Shown here one piece after another: positions 14,966-29,700 of a stretch of DNA of 64,000 nucleotides. The notes beneath the pieces are model-generated. The model was not told the origin of the DNA. It saw only the letters and a program-made list of their open reading frames with translations, and ran no database searches. Source of the stretch: Eledone cirrhosa (Eukaryota); NCBI GenBank assembly GCA_964016885.1, contig OZ024753.1, forward strand, positions 11,222,001 through 11,286,000. The letters are read 5' to 3'. Within the stretch, counting starts at the first letter, position 1; each line of letters begins with the position of its first letter. The position numbers and the translations under genes are program-made.

Positions 14966-15108
14966 GCGTGTGTGTGTTATCTTTTTTTGTGTCTATACGT
15001 TTTAGTAAGCAGCCAAAATTCTGCTTGCTTCAACCGACGCAATTGATCAACTCAAGATTCTATAACGCATGCACTGCATGCGTTGCATGCACGGACCCTT
15101 CACCCCTG
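14570..15108. mobile_element. hAT-type MITE with perfect 8-bp TSD
   Basis: TIR CAGTGGCGAAGGGT/ACCCTTCACCCCTG; GTATGATC at 14562-14569 and 15109-15116; internal tandem repeats. Confidence 0.85.
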
Positions 15109-15129
15109 GTATGATCCTGTAACTCCCGA

Positions 15130-15642
15130 GGAAGTCATAGAGTTGCCGTATTGACATGCAGCGTTTCTTAAGGCATTCTTAAACCTGGCTAAGCCCATCT
15201 ACTATCCCGGTCTGAATTCCCCAGAGAATGATTAGAGTGTGAGAGAAAGGAAGGGAGAAAGAGATATTGAGAAAGAATCGACCTAGTAATAGACAAGTAC
15301 TTTATTTATTGATCTTGAATGGATGAAAGGCAAAGTTAACCACGGCGAGATTTGAACCTAGCGAGCAGAAAGCCGGAACAAATACCGCAAAGCAGTCTAT
15401 CCGATGCTATAACGACTCTGTCATTGAAATCATAGTCATCCACACATTATTGTATGGTGGATTGGCAGTATCGGTAGAGGTTCCGACGCCATGCTTTGAC
15501 GCATAGAGTTACGGCCCTTGCCATTCTGAGTTCAAATCCCACCGAGGTTAACTTTGCTTTTCATCCTTAAGGGGTCGATAAAATAAAGTACCAGTAATGC
15601 ACTGTTAAATTGCTGGCCTTGTGCCAAAAGTAGAAACAATTA
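15130..15642. mobile_element. Old Meta-type SINE (-, 15130-15422) and young copy (+, 15456-15642)
   Basis: Consensus match; TSD ATTATTGTATG. Another old copy at about 5000-5300 (+). Confidence 0.8.
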
Positions 15643-16401
15643 TTGTATGACCACATAATAGACGTAAGATAAATCGAAAGCATACATACTACATACAATG
15701 TAATGGGTTGAACGAATACGTAAGGCTGTGACTGAAATGACAAACATCCACAGTCAAACATTTTCCTATGTACAGATTCCAAACTTGTACCATAAGTTGA
15801 AAATAATTCTGGAAACATATTTTCGTATTGGGTGAACCATTAAACCAATTCAGTTATTTTCAGGTAGACACAGAGATATAATAATCAGTTTGAGTTTTTT
15901 TCTCATCTCTGAGAAGTATGTATAAAACCTTATGTGATGATTTGAGACCAACAACTCCATCTTCGCTATATTATTCCTCCCACTACATACACCTTGTTTG
16001 ATCGGATCTATGATCAAAACAGTTCCAGGTGTAATATACCAAACTTTTATTAAAGGTGTGATGTTTTCAGGGCTAATGTATTATTGCATTATGATAAATG
16101 AGAGTAAAATGAAATTTGATAAGTACATCTAGGAGGTCAAACGATAACACAGACATTCTTTGTTAGCTGAAGCAGCCACGAGATATATGAAGAGATTTGT
16201 TGCTCCCGTTTTAATGGACGTGTTCCAAAATATCTCACAACATAACCCTGAAAGCCAAATCGTTTATATTTAAAATAATTGATGTCATGTAAAATATACA
16301 TGAATAAGTAATAGAATAAACCATATTTATAGAGCTACAACTATTATAGCAAACGAAATTGAAGTATATTCCTTCAAGCCTCACAATAAACCATATTTAT
16401 C

Positions 16402-16766
16402 TATCACACCTTGACCCTTGGCTGACACTTAACGGTTAAATTCGGGTTACCTCCTTTTTGGCGTAAACAAGTTGATGCGTGGGAGATCTCTCGAAGCAGG
16501 GGACAGACAGAGTAACCATGTAAAACCTTTGCTTTCTACAGACCCCTTGGGGGTCTACAGATCTTTTACTCTCTCTCTCCTGGTCTTACAGACTCTCGCC
16601 TTCTCTTTCCACAGACTATTTCACCATAACGGAATAACAGCAAACATATCGTCAACTTGTATAACTTGTAGTAACCTATTCTTTGACCTTTATTAACTGA
16701 AGTGAAGTAAATTTTATATCAAAACGAAACTATTTATTTTGTCTTATTATTTCACCTCTAACAACA
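16402..16766 (+). mobile_element. Possible solo LTR
   Basis: T(A)TCACACC...AACAACA termini and LTR-like composition; no clean TSD. Confidence 0.3.
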
Positions 16767-17333
16767 CCTACTACCGGTAACTATTGCTTCACTTCACACT
16801 CCTCTCACTTAAATATTAATAACAACAGAATTTGTAAAGGTTTATTGGTTTGCCATAATGGGTCACGCTGAGAAAATGAAGCAAAATAATCAGAAATGGA
16901 TCAGGGGCGTGAGGAATGGTGTATATCTACAAATTACAGATATTAACATCAGTGACAGAAAAGGATATATCTATCAATCGTAATATTGGTAACTCAATTA
17001 TCGTATTGATATATTGTAGCGCATGTCACTGTGAAGAATAACATTTAGAACCTTTTAACCCCCAAACAGTTAATCTGGGAATGAATCTCTAAATATCATC
17101 GAACTAAATCAAGTTGACATAAAGAAATTTATTCTAATTACCTACCATCCGGAGTTTAGGAAAAATATCTCCCGCACAATGACCCGTAGGCATGAATATA
17201 TTGGTATCCCGATATAGCATTCGTTAATGTCTTTTATGATATTAAGTGGTTTCTCAATTTTCCAGCCCCTCCCCCTTTCTCCATCCCTTTTCTCATTCCT
17301 CTTTTCCTTTACTCATTCCTCTTTTGATATATA

Positions 17334-17555
<222 letters not shown>

Positions 17556-17666
17556 TATACAATTATATTAACTCACAGTTGGGTGCGGATGCATTCATGT
17601 ATATATGTGTGTGTCCGCATGTATCTGTGTGTTTCTAAATATATTATATTTATATATATATATATT

Positions 17667-17704
<38 letters not shown>

Positions 17705-18000
17705 CGTCAACTCTAAGAGAGAAAGAAAGAAAACTACAGACAAAAATGTGAACTTTTTTCCCTAAATATGTATGTAAAAAAAAAAAAATTAAAATGTCCC
17801 CATATTCTTATTATTCTTAATAAAATGCAATCTAATTGCATTATACACTTCCGTCGTTTAAAAAGCGTATAAGCCGAAACCGGTACAATTAAATGCGGAA
17901 ATTCCTATTTTGTAAATAAATGTGTTGATGTTATTCTGTGAGAAAATCCCTTAACCATTTTCAACTGCTTTTTTTTCTTTTTTATTAATTTATACACACA

Positions 18001-18141
<141 letters not shown>

Positions 18142-18146
18142 CCCCC

Positions 18147-18192
<46 letters not shown>

Positions 18193-18375
18193 ATATACAT
18201 TAATAGCAATTAAAGTAATTTGCTTTGGGCAGTCATATTCTTCCCTGTGGGAACTTTTAAAGCGCCCCCTCAGGGCGAATCATGTCAATAGTTATAATAT
18301 CCAATATTTTTCATGATATCCTACATCAACTTGAAACCGACAATAATTAATTCTTGTTAATAACACCCTTATATA

Positions 18376-18579
<204 letters not shown>

Positions 18580-18655
18580 GTGGTGTGGTAAGAAACTTTT
18601 AGGAGATCTGGACAGCAGGTGGTTTTCATATAATAATATATATATACATACATAC

Positions 18656-18702
<47 letters not shown>

Positions 18703-18705
<3 letters not shown>

Positions 18706-18848
18706 CAAAGGAATTGTGGTAAGGAACCAGATGGACCATAACGCACCAGAATACTCAATACTTAGGGTAGTAGAGTGGGAAATAGGAAAAGTCCAGAAAT
18801 AGCCATCGAAACGGCTTGAGCTCTACCGTCGGGGTCATACTTTTTCCT
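18703..18848. mobile_element. PLE-like remnant, family A
   Basis: Same arms as 11740 and 35747, in (TA)n. Confidence 0.6.
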
Positions 18849-20038
18849 ATATATATACATATATATATATACATACATATCTATATACATATACATACAT
18901 ACGTACTTACACCCACCCATACATCTACACACACACATATATATATATATATCATGTTTTTTTATATATTGGTCCCAGAAACCAAATATAGTTCACTCTA
19001 GATTAAAGGTGCCAGACTGTTTATAAAATCGAATTTCTTTTGTGTATATTTCATTGCCAAACATAAATCATCATCGGCCTCCAAAAGGTTGTCCCTAGAC
19101 CGATGGCTGCACACACACAAAGGAAGAGAAACTGTATTAAGTATATAGGTTTATTCAGCGTATTAAACTAAAGCTGCTTTTAGATATTATTTTTCATAAC
19201 CTTAAACGACATGAAAGATTTCGATACTATGAAGTCTTTCAAAGAAAAGACGAAAAAAAAAAAATAAATAAATAAACGTCATTCGAAAGACTTTTAGTCA
19301 AAATCAAGATTATTGATGGGAAAATAAATCTATGGACGTTGCAACTACCGCAGATATAAAGAACTATAAATCACTTTTAAGTCTTTTAGAAGAGATTTAT
19401 GGACTGTGGTAATCGCCACATGCGTTTTTAAAATCAATGCCTGCCGAAAATATCCAGCAAGATCCAAGGAAAGGAAACGCAAGGAAGGTTCATTGAGGCA
19501 AAATATATTTAATTATAGCTAATATCATCATTGATAAAATTAAAGAAGTCCCTATTAATCTTTTCGTTAGCAATGAGTCGCTAACCTTTCAGGAAAAAAT
19601 GATTAACGGTTATTTGCTATTGGCTTTTCAGCTAGAAATGTTTAGGGGCAGAAGACCCCCATTTAGCAGTATCACTGTATTCTCAATATAGTAAATATAT
19701 TCAAACTTGTAATTTTCTTTCTCTTTTGTTGAACTGTGAATAAAACTATGGTCTTACGTAATACAGAATATGTATGGCAAGTGTTTTAGCTCTTAACCTC
19801 TTACACTCTTAGGGGGCGGAGCTACAACAAGATCATACCCACTGTGTGCCCTTCTGCTCATATATAGCCATTCGGATATCGGATATATATCCTATATATA
19901 CATATATATATATATGTGAATATATAGGAAAAGAGTCAGGACCCCTACGGCTGAGCTCCGTCCGTTTCGACAGCTAGATCCGAACTGTTCTATCTATCTG
20001 TCGGAATATATAAGTACATATATATGTACTTATATATG

Positions 20039-20082
<44 letters not shown>

Positions 20083-20453
20083 TATGTACACGTACATACA
20101 TATATGTATACAGACGTACATATATATATGTGAATCCATACGTACATATATATATGTGTGCATGTATGTATATGTATATATATATACATACTACTGTACG
20201 TCTGTATACATATATGTATGTACGTGTACATACTTATATTTAAGTAACAGCCGTACTAAGAGTGGGTAATGAAATTTCGTTTCATTTTTTCCGTTTATAT
20301 ATATATATAACCATATATATATAAGTACATATATACATATAAACATACGTATATGTTTATATATACATTTAAACATATACGTATATATACATGCATATAC
20401 CAATGTATACTCAACACATGAACTCTCACGCAGATGTATACACACACACACAG

Positions 20454-20517
<64 letters not shown>

Positions 20518-21134
20518 GCACACACACACATGTATGTATAAACATAAGTACATTTTTATACTTTCATCGTAACACTGCAGCTAACATTATTTATATTTAT
20601 TATTATTCTCAAATGACTCTCAAAATTATCATGATCAGTCCAACTACGACCCCTGCTGATAACACACCGACACATACATACATCTATAGAGAGGCACATA
20701 CACACTGTGTACTCAATACAGCTCAATGCACTCGACTGGAACTTATTGAAAATTGGACCCATTACAAACAGTGTTCAAAGTCCGTAAATGTAATTATACT
20801 CAATTGTAAATGAATACTGTGTTATGTCAAACGTTTCTACACGGTTGCATTGTCTGTGTTTACACTAGTTGAATAATTTCACACATGACTGCTGATGGCA
20901 TTAGAGTTAGCTGATGAGTGGTAGTGGGTAGGAAGGAGGTTAGTGATGTTAAATTATTAAAGCCAATGTATGAGGGAGATTAGTAACGTTGTATCGAACA
21001 AATTGACCAGAATTCAATACAATACGACATATCGGTATGGAAATGTTTGTGTATCGATTAGGATATGAAACAGAATATGATGAGTCAGCGACTGTGTTGT
21101 AACAGTCAAAATCACACTTTCTCATATATTGTAG

Positions 21135-21417
21135 AACTACACGTGCCAGTGCAAATCTAGTATGAAATCTAGGTTAGATGTAAAATGCAGTCCCTTAAAT
21201 ATGGGACTCGGTGAAGTGTAGACTCACTTTTAAACTGCTCATTAACTACACGTGCTTGTGCAAAGCTAATATACAATCTAGGTTAGATGTAAAATGCTGT
21301 CCCTTAAATATGGGACTCAGTGAGGTGTAGACCCTGTTGTACACTACTCATTAACTACACGTGCTTGTGCAAAGCTAGGATGAAATCTAGACCCAGTTTT
21401 ACATTGCTCATTAACTA
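21135..21417. repeat. Imperfect tandem duplication of about 110 bp
   Basis: AACTACACGTGC...TCTAGGTTAGATGTAAAATGC repeated. Confidence 0.8.
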
Positions 21418-22259
21418 TAACATTAAGTAATGAATGATATATATTATTTATCAGTGTATTACAGGTATATAGTGGATATGATATAACGACAGTCGATCGA
21501 CTTTCGTCAAATGGGACCGAGGAAACAATGTTTCCGTTGGTTTTTCAAATTGCTAATACTATCTACCGGTTGCATATCCAAGTAGAAGGAGCAACGTGAA
21601 GATAAGGTGGTGTCTTGTTCAAGGACATAACGCATCACCCCAATCCAATTCTCTAACCACTCAGCCACGCCACTTCACATTGAATACTAAGTCTTCCAAT
21701 ATTTATGTACAACTTACCTTGATTTCCTTACCAGATTTCTTTAAACTATAATTAAGTCGAATTGTTGAAGAAACAGAATTTTGTCAGAAAATTAATAAAA
21801 TGTCTCATGAAAGAATTTTCACGTGTCTTCTTCAACAGAACGTTATAAAAAAAAACTTTGCTATACAGAAATTCGTGTAATCAAATGTATTTGCTTATGG
21901 AAAAGGTAGAAGGAGCAACGTGAAATAAAGTGTTTTGTCCAAGGACAACGCATCGCCCGGTCTGGGAATCGAACTCACAACCTTACAATTGCGAATCCAA
22001 TTCTCTAACCACTCTGTAGAAAAAAGAATGACTGAAGGAAGTAGAACATAAGGGGTGTAAACTCCCTCAAAATCGGGAAATATGTCAACCGGTTTACCGG
22101 ATCTCTTTACATCTCAAATAACACTTGAAGTCTTTATTTTAATGGTTTAATAAGAGTAAAAACGGTAGCTCTTATTACATATTTTCGTGGCCCCTGATAG
22201 CAAGAAAAGAGTGAATTATTCTTAAACCGACGGACCGAATGTTCGCAATCGTGGTAAAG

Positions 22260-22559
22260 CAGTCATGGGCAGCCTGCGGCCCAGTGGCAGCACGCGGCCC
22301 GCGAAGCTTTCTGAATGGCTCGCTTAAGTCACCTTTCTGATTTTTTTTTACCCCACCTTTTCAGTCGTAATTTATCTTTCTATCATTTTTACAATCGAGG
22401 AAAACAACGTGTACGAATTCTGAAGAAACAAATCATAACAACCTGAGTTACCACCCTTTTCTTTAATGTGGGCACGAATGTAAGTTAGCGCTTGCGGCCC
22501 GCCTGATGTTGAGCCATATCTCATGCGACCCGCTTCACGTAAAAGGTTGCCCATGCCTG
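22260..22559. mobile_element. hAT/Charlie-type MITE
   Basis: TIR CAGTCATGGGCA/TGCCCATGCCTG, GCGGCCC subterminal repeats, imperfect TSD TGGTAAAG/GTGTAAAG. Confidence 0.7.
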
Positions 22560-22814
22560 GTGTAAAGTCTGCCAAATCCAATGAAAGACCAAGTGGTGTT
22601 GTTAGATGGGGTAACTGCTTAATTTACAACCCAAATCCACCCCAAAGTAGTATATCTGCTGAATTCCAATTGAGAATCTTCTGGCAACCCAACCTATTGT
22701 AGACAATGGTGGCCGTTGAAGCTATGCAACGAGGTTGAAGCGGAAAGCATGCAGTAGCAAAGTTAACTTCTTAACCACACATAGCTAAGCCAGCTAGTGA
22801 TTTATAGACAGTGT

Positions 22815-23294
22815 TAGATAGACAGGGAGGAAGAGATAGAGAGATAGCAAGGGTGTAGAGGGAGGGAGCGAGAGATAGAGAGAGGGTAGAGAGAGCGGGA
22901 TAGAGAGATAGGGTAGAGAAAGAGGGATAGAGGGATAGATAGATAGATAGATGGTAGAGAGAGAGTGTAGAGAGAGAGGAATATAGGTAGAGAAAGAGGG
23001 ATAGAGAGAGAGGGTAGAGGGAGAGATAGATAGAGAGAGGGTAGAGAGAGAGAGGGATATAGGTAGAGAAAGAGGGATAGAGAGAGAGGGTAGAGGGAGA
23101 GATAGACAGAGAGAGGGTAGAGAGATGGTAGAGAGAGAGGGTAGAGCAAGAGGGATAGAGAGAGAGGGTAGAGGGAAATATAGATAGAGAGAGGATAGAG
23201 AGATTGTAGAGAGAGGGTAGAGAGATGGTAGAGAGAGGGTAGAGAGAGAGAGAGAGCGAGAGAGAGAGAGAGATAGAGATAGATAGATAGATAG

Positions 23295-23350
<56 letters not shown>

Positions 23351-23371
23351 GCGTGTGAGAGACAAAACGAA

Positions 23372-23409
<38 letters not shown>

Positions 23410-23450
23410 GCGTGTGAGAGACAAAACGAAAGTGAGAGAGAGAGAGATAA
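22815..23450. repeat. GA-rich compound microsatellite
   Basis: (GA)n, GATA and GGTAGA arrays. Confidence 0.9.
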
Positions 23451-23918
23451 GAGAAGCTATTGGAAATAATGCAATTCATCAAAGGAAATCTCACAGTGTG
23501 AGTATATGAATGGGATGGGATAGGTTACATGTTAAAACAAAATATGACAGCATGACAGGATAAGATGCAAGCTTCTACACAGTATGTCCACCAAAGATGT
23601 AACGTGATATTATTATGTAACGTGATAATATTAAAGAACAATTTATATACGCCTAAATGTTTCATGCTGTACACATCATGAAACAAGGCGTTACAATAGC
23701 ACTTACGACATCACGTCACAAACAGGCATGATGAAATAACAATGGAATTTCTAAGAAGTAATACGCTCTGGTAGAAATAGCAACCAAATCTTCCCCATAC
23801 TACAACTCAACATCGCAACAATAGTAATCTTATGAATATCCCCCACAAAAATAAGCCAGATTGTAATAGCTAAAATGTTTTTAATCATAATTCAGTAATA
23901 GGCATTCCTGTTATATTT

Positions 23919-24007
<89 letters not shown>

Positions 24008-24469
24008 GCACACACACACACTAACCGTTCGGATATAGCTGTCGAAACGGCCGGAGCGCTGCCGTCGGGGTCCTGACTATTTTCATATATATATATATAT
24101 ATATATACCTAAGAAAAATAACAAAGAAGGGGAAAAGACAACCGAATAAAAATAGAAACGAAGATCACAGAACTTCAGGAGGTTATCGGCCGTTGAGATG
24201 GACTTAGGCAGATTCGACCCCTAATATATATATATATATATTGTTATACTTTGGGAGGGTCATGTTGCCAATAAGAAACACACGCACCAGTTGCTTTCAC
24301 TTCAATTTATTATAATAAATTTATAATAAATTTATAATAAATTTATAAATTTATAAATTTCTGGTTGGTTGGATAACAATATCGGTTTCAACACAAGATT
24401 TCAGATAAAGAATCTTGCTAAACAAATTCAGAAACGAAATATATATATATATAGTAATAATATATATAG

Positions 24470-24587
24470 TAATAATAATATATATAGTAATAATAATAAA
24501 ATTGAAGACTAAAATCCAAAGACTAAAATTCAGAAGATCCCGTTAAGGGTGAAAGCAGCGATTCTTTGCTTAAACTTTAATCTGTTA

Positions 24588-24652
<65 letters not shown>

Positions 24653-24658
24653 AAATAT

Positions 24659-24718
<60 letters not shown>

Positions 24719-25136
24719 TAAAATAACAGATTAAAGTTTAAGCAAAGAATCGCTGCTTTCACCCTTAACGGGATCTTCTGAAACTAACAAAGTCAATCTG
24801 TAAACGCAGAAGTAAATATTTCAAAAAACGTTGCAACCGGAGGAAGACAGGAAGACGATACTTTGGTTGGTGGAAACGTTGCCTGGCAAAGACGGGAAAA
24901 AACGAATATAATACGTCATTAATAGGAGCGGTGAAAAACAATTACACGCAAAGACAAAACCACGTTTATGGTATAAAAGAGGTCGTAGACTAATGTTCTC
25001 TTAGGTGGTTCATAGAGACGTTCTCTGGCAATGAATGTTATTTTAATAAATATTTGCTCTACGGTTCTTATATATTTGATATATATTTATCCTTATCGAG
25101 CCCTCTTTGGATTTTTGTCTTCAAATTTATTGTTAT

Positions 25137-25141
<5 letters not shown>
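24470..25141. mobile_element. PLE-like remnants, family C, inverted around (TA)n
   Basis: 24529-24593 is inverted at 24718-24782; the longer body matches 58300-58562. Confidence 0.55.
24735..24785 (-). ncRNA. Hammerhead-like motif, family C
   Basis: Reverse complement of 58462-58512. Confidence 0.55.
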
Positions 25142-25220
<79 letters not shown>

Positions 25221-25456
25221 ACACACATATCGATAGTCGATCGACTTTAGTCAAATCGGACCGAGGAAACAATGTTTCCGTTGGTCTTTCCAATTACTAA
25301 TACTAAATACTATCTATCGCTCGCAACTCCAGGTGGAAGGAGCAACATGAAGTAAAGTGTCTTGCTCAAGGACATAATGCATCGCTCAGGCCAGGAATCG
25401 AACTCACAACCTCACGATTGCGAATCCAATTCTTTTACCACCCAGCCACGCGCCTT

Positions 25457-25570
<114 letters not shown>

Positions 25571-25734
25571 GTACAGAAAATGACAGATGGAGAAAAGATA
25601 ACACCCAAACAGGGCATATATGGTTTGAAGAAAAATTAATCAAATATTCAAACTAACTCGGATTTATTTAAACTCATTCGTCACACTAGGTGCACACATA
25701 CAGCCGTATATGATTTAGATATAGTTATTATACA

Positions 25735-26012
25735 CCGAGGAGGAATCCCGCGTTGTTTGGCCACGTCACACGACATGACAACCTGTGCAAGACCAGACCA
25801 TTATGCAAGGCACAGTTGAAGATGGATGCAGGAGGGGACGCCAGCGGAGAAACTGGTTGGACATTGTCAAAGAATGGACGTAAATGACGCCACAGATTTG
25901 TTGACGATGGCCGCCATTGGTAGACTATTTTGAGTATGTGCAGCTTCTGTAGTAGGACTCTCCCCACCCCCATGACGACTACAGAAGTCAAGGGATTGAT
26001 GATGATGATGAT
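25735..26012 (+). mobile_element. 3' end of an RTE-clade LINE
   Basis: FGHVTRHDNLCKT/IMQGTVEDGCRRGRQRRNWLDIVKEWT with a (GAT)n tail. Confidence 0.8.
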
Positions 26013-26147
26013 TTACATATTATGTACTTGAAGAATTTCAAGTATGTAGTTTATTGTGTTACATATTGTTGTTTATCCAACACATCTTAGTATATTTGTC
26101 TCAAAATAATTTTTGTTTGCGTCTGGAAAAGGGTTATATTAACGTGT

Positions 26148-26465
26148 GGGCTCGTTGCTTTGTGGTTAGGGCACTCGGCTCACAATCGTAAGTTCGTGAG
26201 TTTGAGTCCCGGCGGCGCGTTGTGTCCTTGAGCAAGACACTTTATTTCACGTTGCTCCAGTCCATTCAAAGGGCAAAAATGAGTTGTGCCTGTAATTCGA
26301 AGTGTTATCCTTGTTACATTCTGTGTCACGCTGAATCTCCCTGAGAACTACGGTAAATGTGCGCGTGTCTGTGGAATGCTCAGCCACTTGCATGTTAATT
26401 TCACGAGCAGGCTGTCCCGTTGATCAGATCAACTGGAAAATTCGTCGCCGTAGCCGACGGAGTGC
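26148..26465 (+). mobile_element. tRNA-derived CORE-type SINE (long-tailed family; older copy 5570-5875)
   Basis: A/B boxes followed by TGTGTCCTTGAGCAAGACACTTTATTTCACGTTGCTCCAGTCCA, which is MIR/CORE-like. Confidence 0.75.
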
Positions 26466-26610
26466 CTTCCATTCCATCCCATTCCATACTAAACAAATCA
26501 AATTTACTGATACTAAGATATTGTTTCCATTAGAGCTTTATACATTTCTTAATTCAGATAATGTATTTAATATACTAATATTTGTTAAGTCTTCATACAT
26601 AAGATTCATA

Positions 26611-27185
26611 GGCCAACTATGAAAGAGAGATGCTAGAGCTGTAAAATCTTGCATTTCTACTCTTCTTATTCATAACTATATTGTTTCTTTCCAGGTACTA
26701 TGTTGAAAAATAAACCTCATTTGGTCATTCCATAAGTGCATACTGGTCAGCCTATGAAGGAGAGATGCTAGAGCTGTGAAATCTTGCATGCATTAATTTC
26801 AACACTTCTTATTAATAACTGCATTGTTTCTTTCCAGGGAATATGTTGAAAAATAAACCTCATTTGGTCATTCCATGAGAGTATCTTGGTCAGCCTATTA
26901 AAGAGAGATGCTAGAGCTGTGAAATCTTGCATGCATTAATTTCTACTCTTCTTATTCATAACTATATTGTTTCTTTCCAGGGAATATGTTGAAAAATAAA
27001 CCTCATTTGGTCATTCCATAAGTGCATCTTGGTCAGCCTATGAAGGAAAGATGCTAGAGCTGTGAAATCTTGCATGCATTAATTTCAACTCTTCTTATTA
27101 ATAACTGCATTGTTTCTTTCCAGGGAATATGTTGAAAAATAAACCTCATTTGGTCATTCCATGAGAGTATCTTGGTCAGTCTATT
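26611..27185. repeat. Tandem repeat of about 142 bp x4 with ABAB higher-order structure
   Basis: Units start near 26611, 26746, 26888 and 27031; diagnostic bases alternate. Confidence 0.9.
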
Positions 27186-27389
27186 AACTCTTCAGCTGAC
27201 CCTCGTATATCAAGTACTTTAAAACATTTTCATTATAGAACGAAATAGAAGACACAGCCTCTCTATAATATTATTCTATGACGGTCCTTCTATATTAGTA
27301 CAGAATAGAGCATAGTGGGATATATAGAACCAGTGAACGAACTCCTATAACTTTCTACTCATTCTCTTTCTCTCTTTTGTGTCCCATAA

Positions 27390-28205
27390 TCTCTGGTGGA
27401 GCTGTAGTGGTGCCGCGTTGACATACGGCGTTTCTAGGGCATTTTTTAGAGCTGCTAGGGCACCATCTCATCTCCAGCTCTGACTACAGCAGATTTCTTC
27501 CAGAGGAGGATATAGTTTGAAATAATTGTTTCTATTGGTTCGTCAAGTACGAAATTTGTAGTGAGGCATATGTTCATATGTATATTTTCTACAAATTTCA
27601 TACTTGAAGACACAAGACCAGCAATATATTTCAGTGCATTACTGGTACTTTATAGATATAGTTTGAAATAATTGTTTCTATTGGTTCGTCAAGTAAGAAA
27701 TTTATAGTGAGGCATATGTTCATATGTATTTTTTCTACAAATTTCATACTTGAAGACACAAGACCAGCAATATATTCCAGTGCAATACTGGTACTTTATA
27801 GATATAGTTTGAAATAATTGTTTCTACGTTTGGCACAAGGCCAGCAAATTACCCAGTGCATTACTGGTACTTTATTTTATCGACCCCGTAAGGATGAAAG
27901 GCAAAGTTAACCTCGGCGAGATTTGAACTCAGAATGGCAAGGGCCGTATCTCTATACGTCAAAGCATGGCGTCCGACCCTCTACCGATACTGTCAATCCA
28001 CAGAGTTTGAAATAATGGAAGTGAGCTAGAGATCTAGAAGAAGAATCGACCCCAGTACTTCAATGGTACTTTTTTTTTATCGATCTTGATTGCAGAAAAG
28101 GCAACGTTGACCTCAGCGTGATTTGAAGACAGAGAGCAAACAGCCGAAACGAATGCCGCAAATCCTTCTATCCCATGTTCTAACAACTCTACCAATTCAC
28201 CGCCT
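27390..28205 (-). mobile_element. Old Meta-type SINE interrupted by a young SINE (27815-28001) with reiterated 3' end
   Basis: AGTTTGAAATAAT recurs near 27514, 27660, 27806 and 28004. Confidence 0.75.
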
Positions 28206-28542
28206 TCTTCACTCGTTAGCTGAATAAATATACAGTATTATACATATCATACTCAGTCTTTGTCATTAAAATAAAATAAAAAAAAAACGTATTATATCTA
28301 TAATTGATTATATCAGTGATATCATTCTACTGTTAATTAGACAACTATCTTCCGACAGACGATTTATGTATCATAGATTATATCGTAGATTACGCCCCTT
28401 CAGTAATAAGGACCACGTACTTAAATAAAAGATGTATAGTTGTAATGATGAATCTTGAAAATTACGAAGATGTCTGTTTATATTTCGTTGTGTAGCAGAC
28501 GAGTATAAACTCTGAATGTGCACATAATTCTTTGTTTTATAC

Positions 28543-28628
<86 letters not shown>

Positions 28629-29004
28629 ATTTCATGTGTGTATAGCCACGTAGTTGCACATGTACTGAATTGACATAATCTAAGACACTCCTAGATTCCC
28701 ACACACATACATACACACAATCAGGCATATACACACTAATACGCACATACACACAATATAATTCAGAAAAGAAAAGACAAATGATGTATGTAGCAGAGAT
28801 AGGTAAATAAACTGAAGAGGTGGTCAAAATAATTTGTAAATGATTTATATCTCCAACTGAACGAAACTGATTTGTTTTACGACAAATAAAATGGGGATCC
28901 ACTGAATATCAAAAGCTTAACATTTATTGTACACAAAAACACAGACGCATTCATATATATGATAGAGAAACTCCCATATATAGCGAGTTATATAGCACAA
29001 CAAG

Positions 29005-29323
29005 CACAACAAGCCATCGTTTTCCACGAACACCCTATTTGCTAGGTTTAAGTCCTGCAAACTTTTATTTATCTCGAATATGAAAATCAAGCTCAAATGT
29101 CGCCGTTTCAAAACCGTTGTCGAGATCAAGCATGAATCGCAGACGGTTTTCAACAAGCTTACAAAAGATGGCTTCCAGGCCGTATTCCAGGAGTGGCAGA
29201 AATGATAGGATAGGTGCATTACTGCACAGGTCGACTATTTCGAAGACGATGGTGTGTAAACTTATGTAAATAAAGTCCTTTTTTAAATAAAGAGCTAGTC
29301 CGGAAACATTTTGACTTACCCTA

Positions 29324-29326
<3 letters not shown>
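29005..29326 (+). mobile_element. Mariner transposon 3' fragment with right TIR
   Basis: Degenerate YSPDLAP-like region, then KLKCRRF...FQEWQK**DRCITAQVDYFE; TIR ...TTTTGACTTACCCTAGTA running into TA. Confidence 0.8.
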
Positions 29327-29384
<58 letters not shown>

Positions 29385-29402
29385 CATACAAGCATTTATA
29401 TA

Positions 29403-29700
29403 TATGAAAAACCCATAGCTGTATGGGAGCCTCCCAAAAGTCAGCTCAAAAGTGACACAGAGGAGACTGAGGTTAGCTGGACATGCTCACCGACATCCAG
29501 AGTTGACACTGCACTCAGTGCTCCTGTGGGAGCCCCTACATGGACACACTGGAAGAGGAAGACCAAGGTTAACGTATGTTGATGCCCTAAGGACAGGCAC
29601 TGGTCTGTTGGAGGCGCAGGACATGGCAGCGATAATGAGGGACAGAGACCGCTGGAGAGAACTCGTCCATGGATCTTGGGAATTTTACCCGCCCTAGAAA
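29403..29700 (+). mobile_element. 3' end of an RTE/RTE-X-like LINE
   Basis: RRLRLAGHAHRHPEL...LLWEPLHG..GRGRPRLTYVD...RDRDRWR. Confidence 0.8.

Noticed and set aside
19020-19560. Possible GIY-YIG relic (KYIGL)
   Set aside because: A single short motif amid stops; insufficient support.
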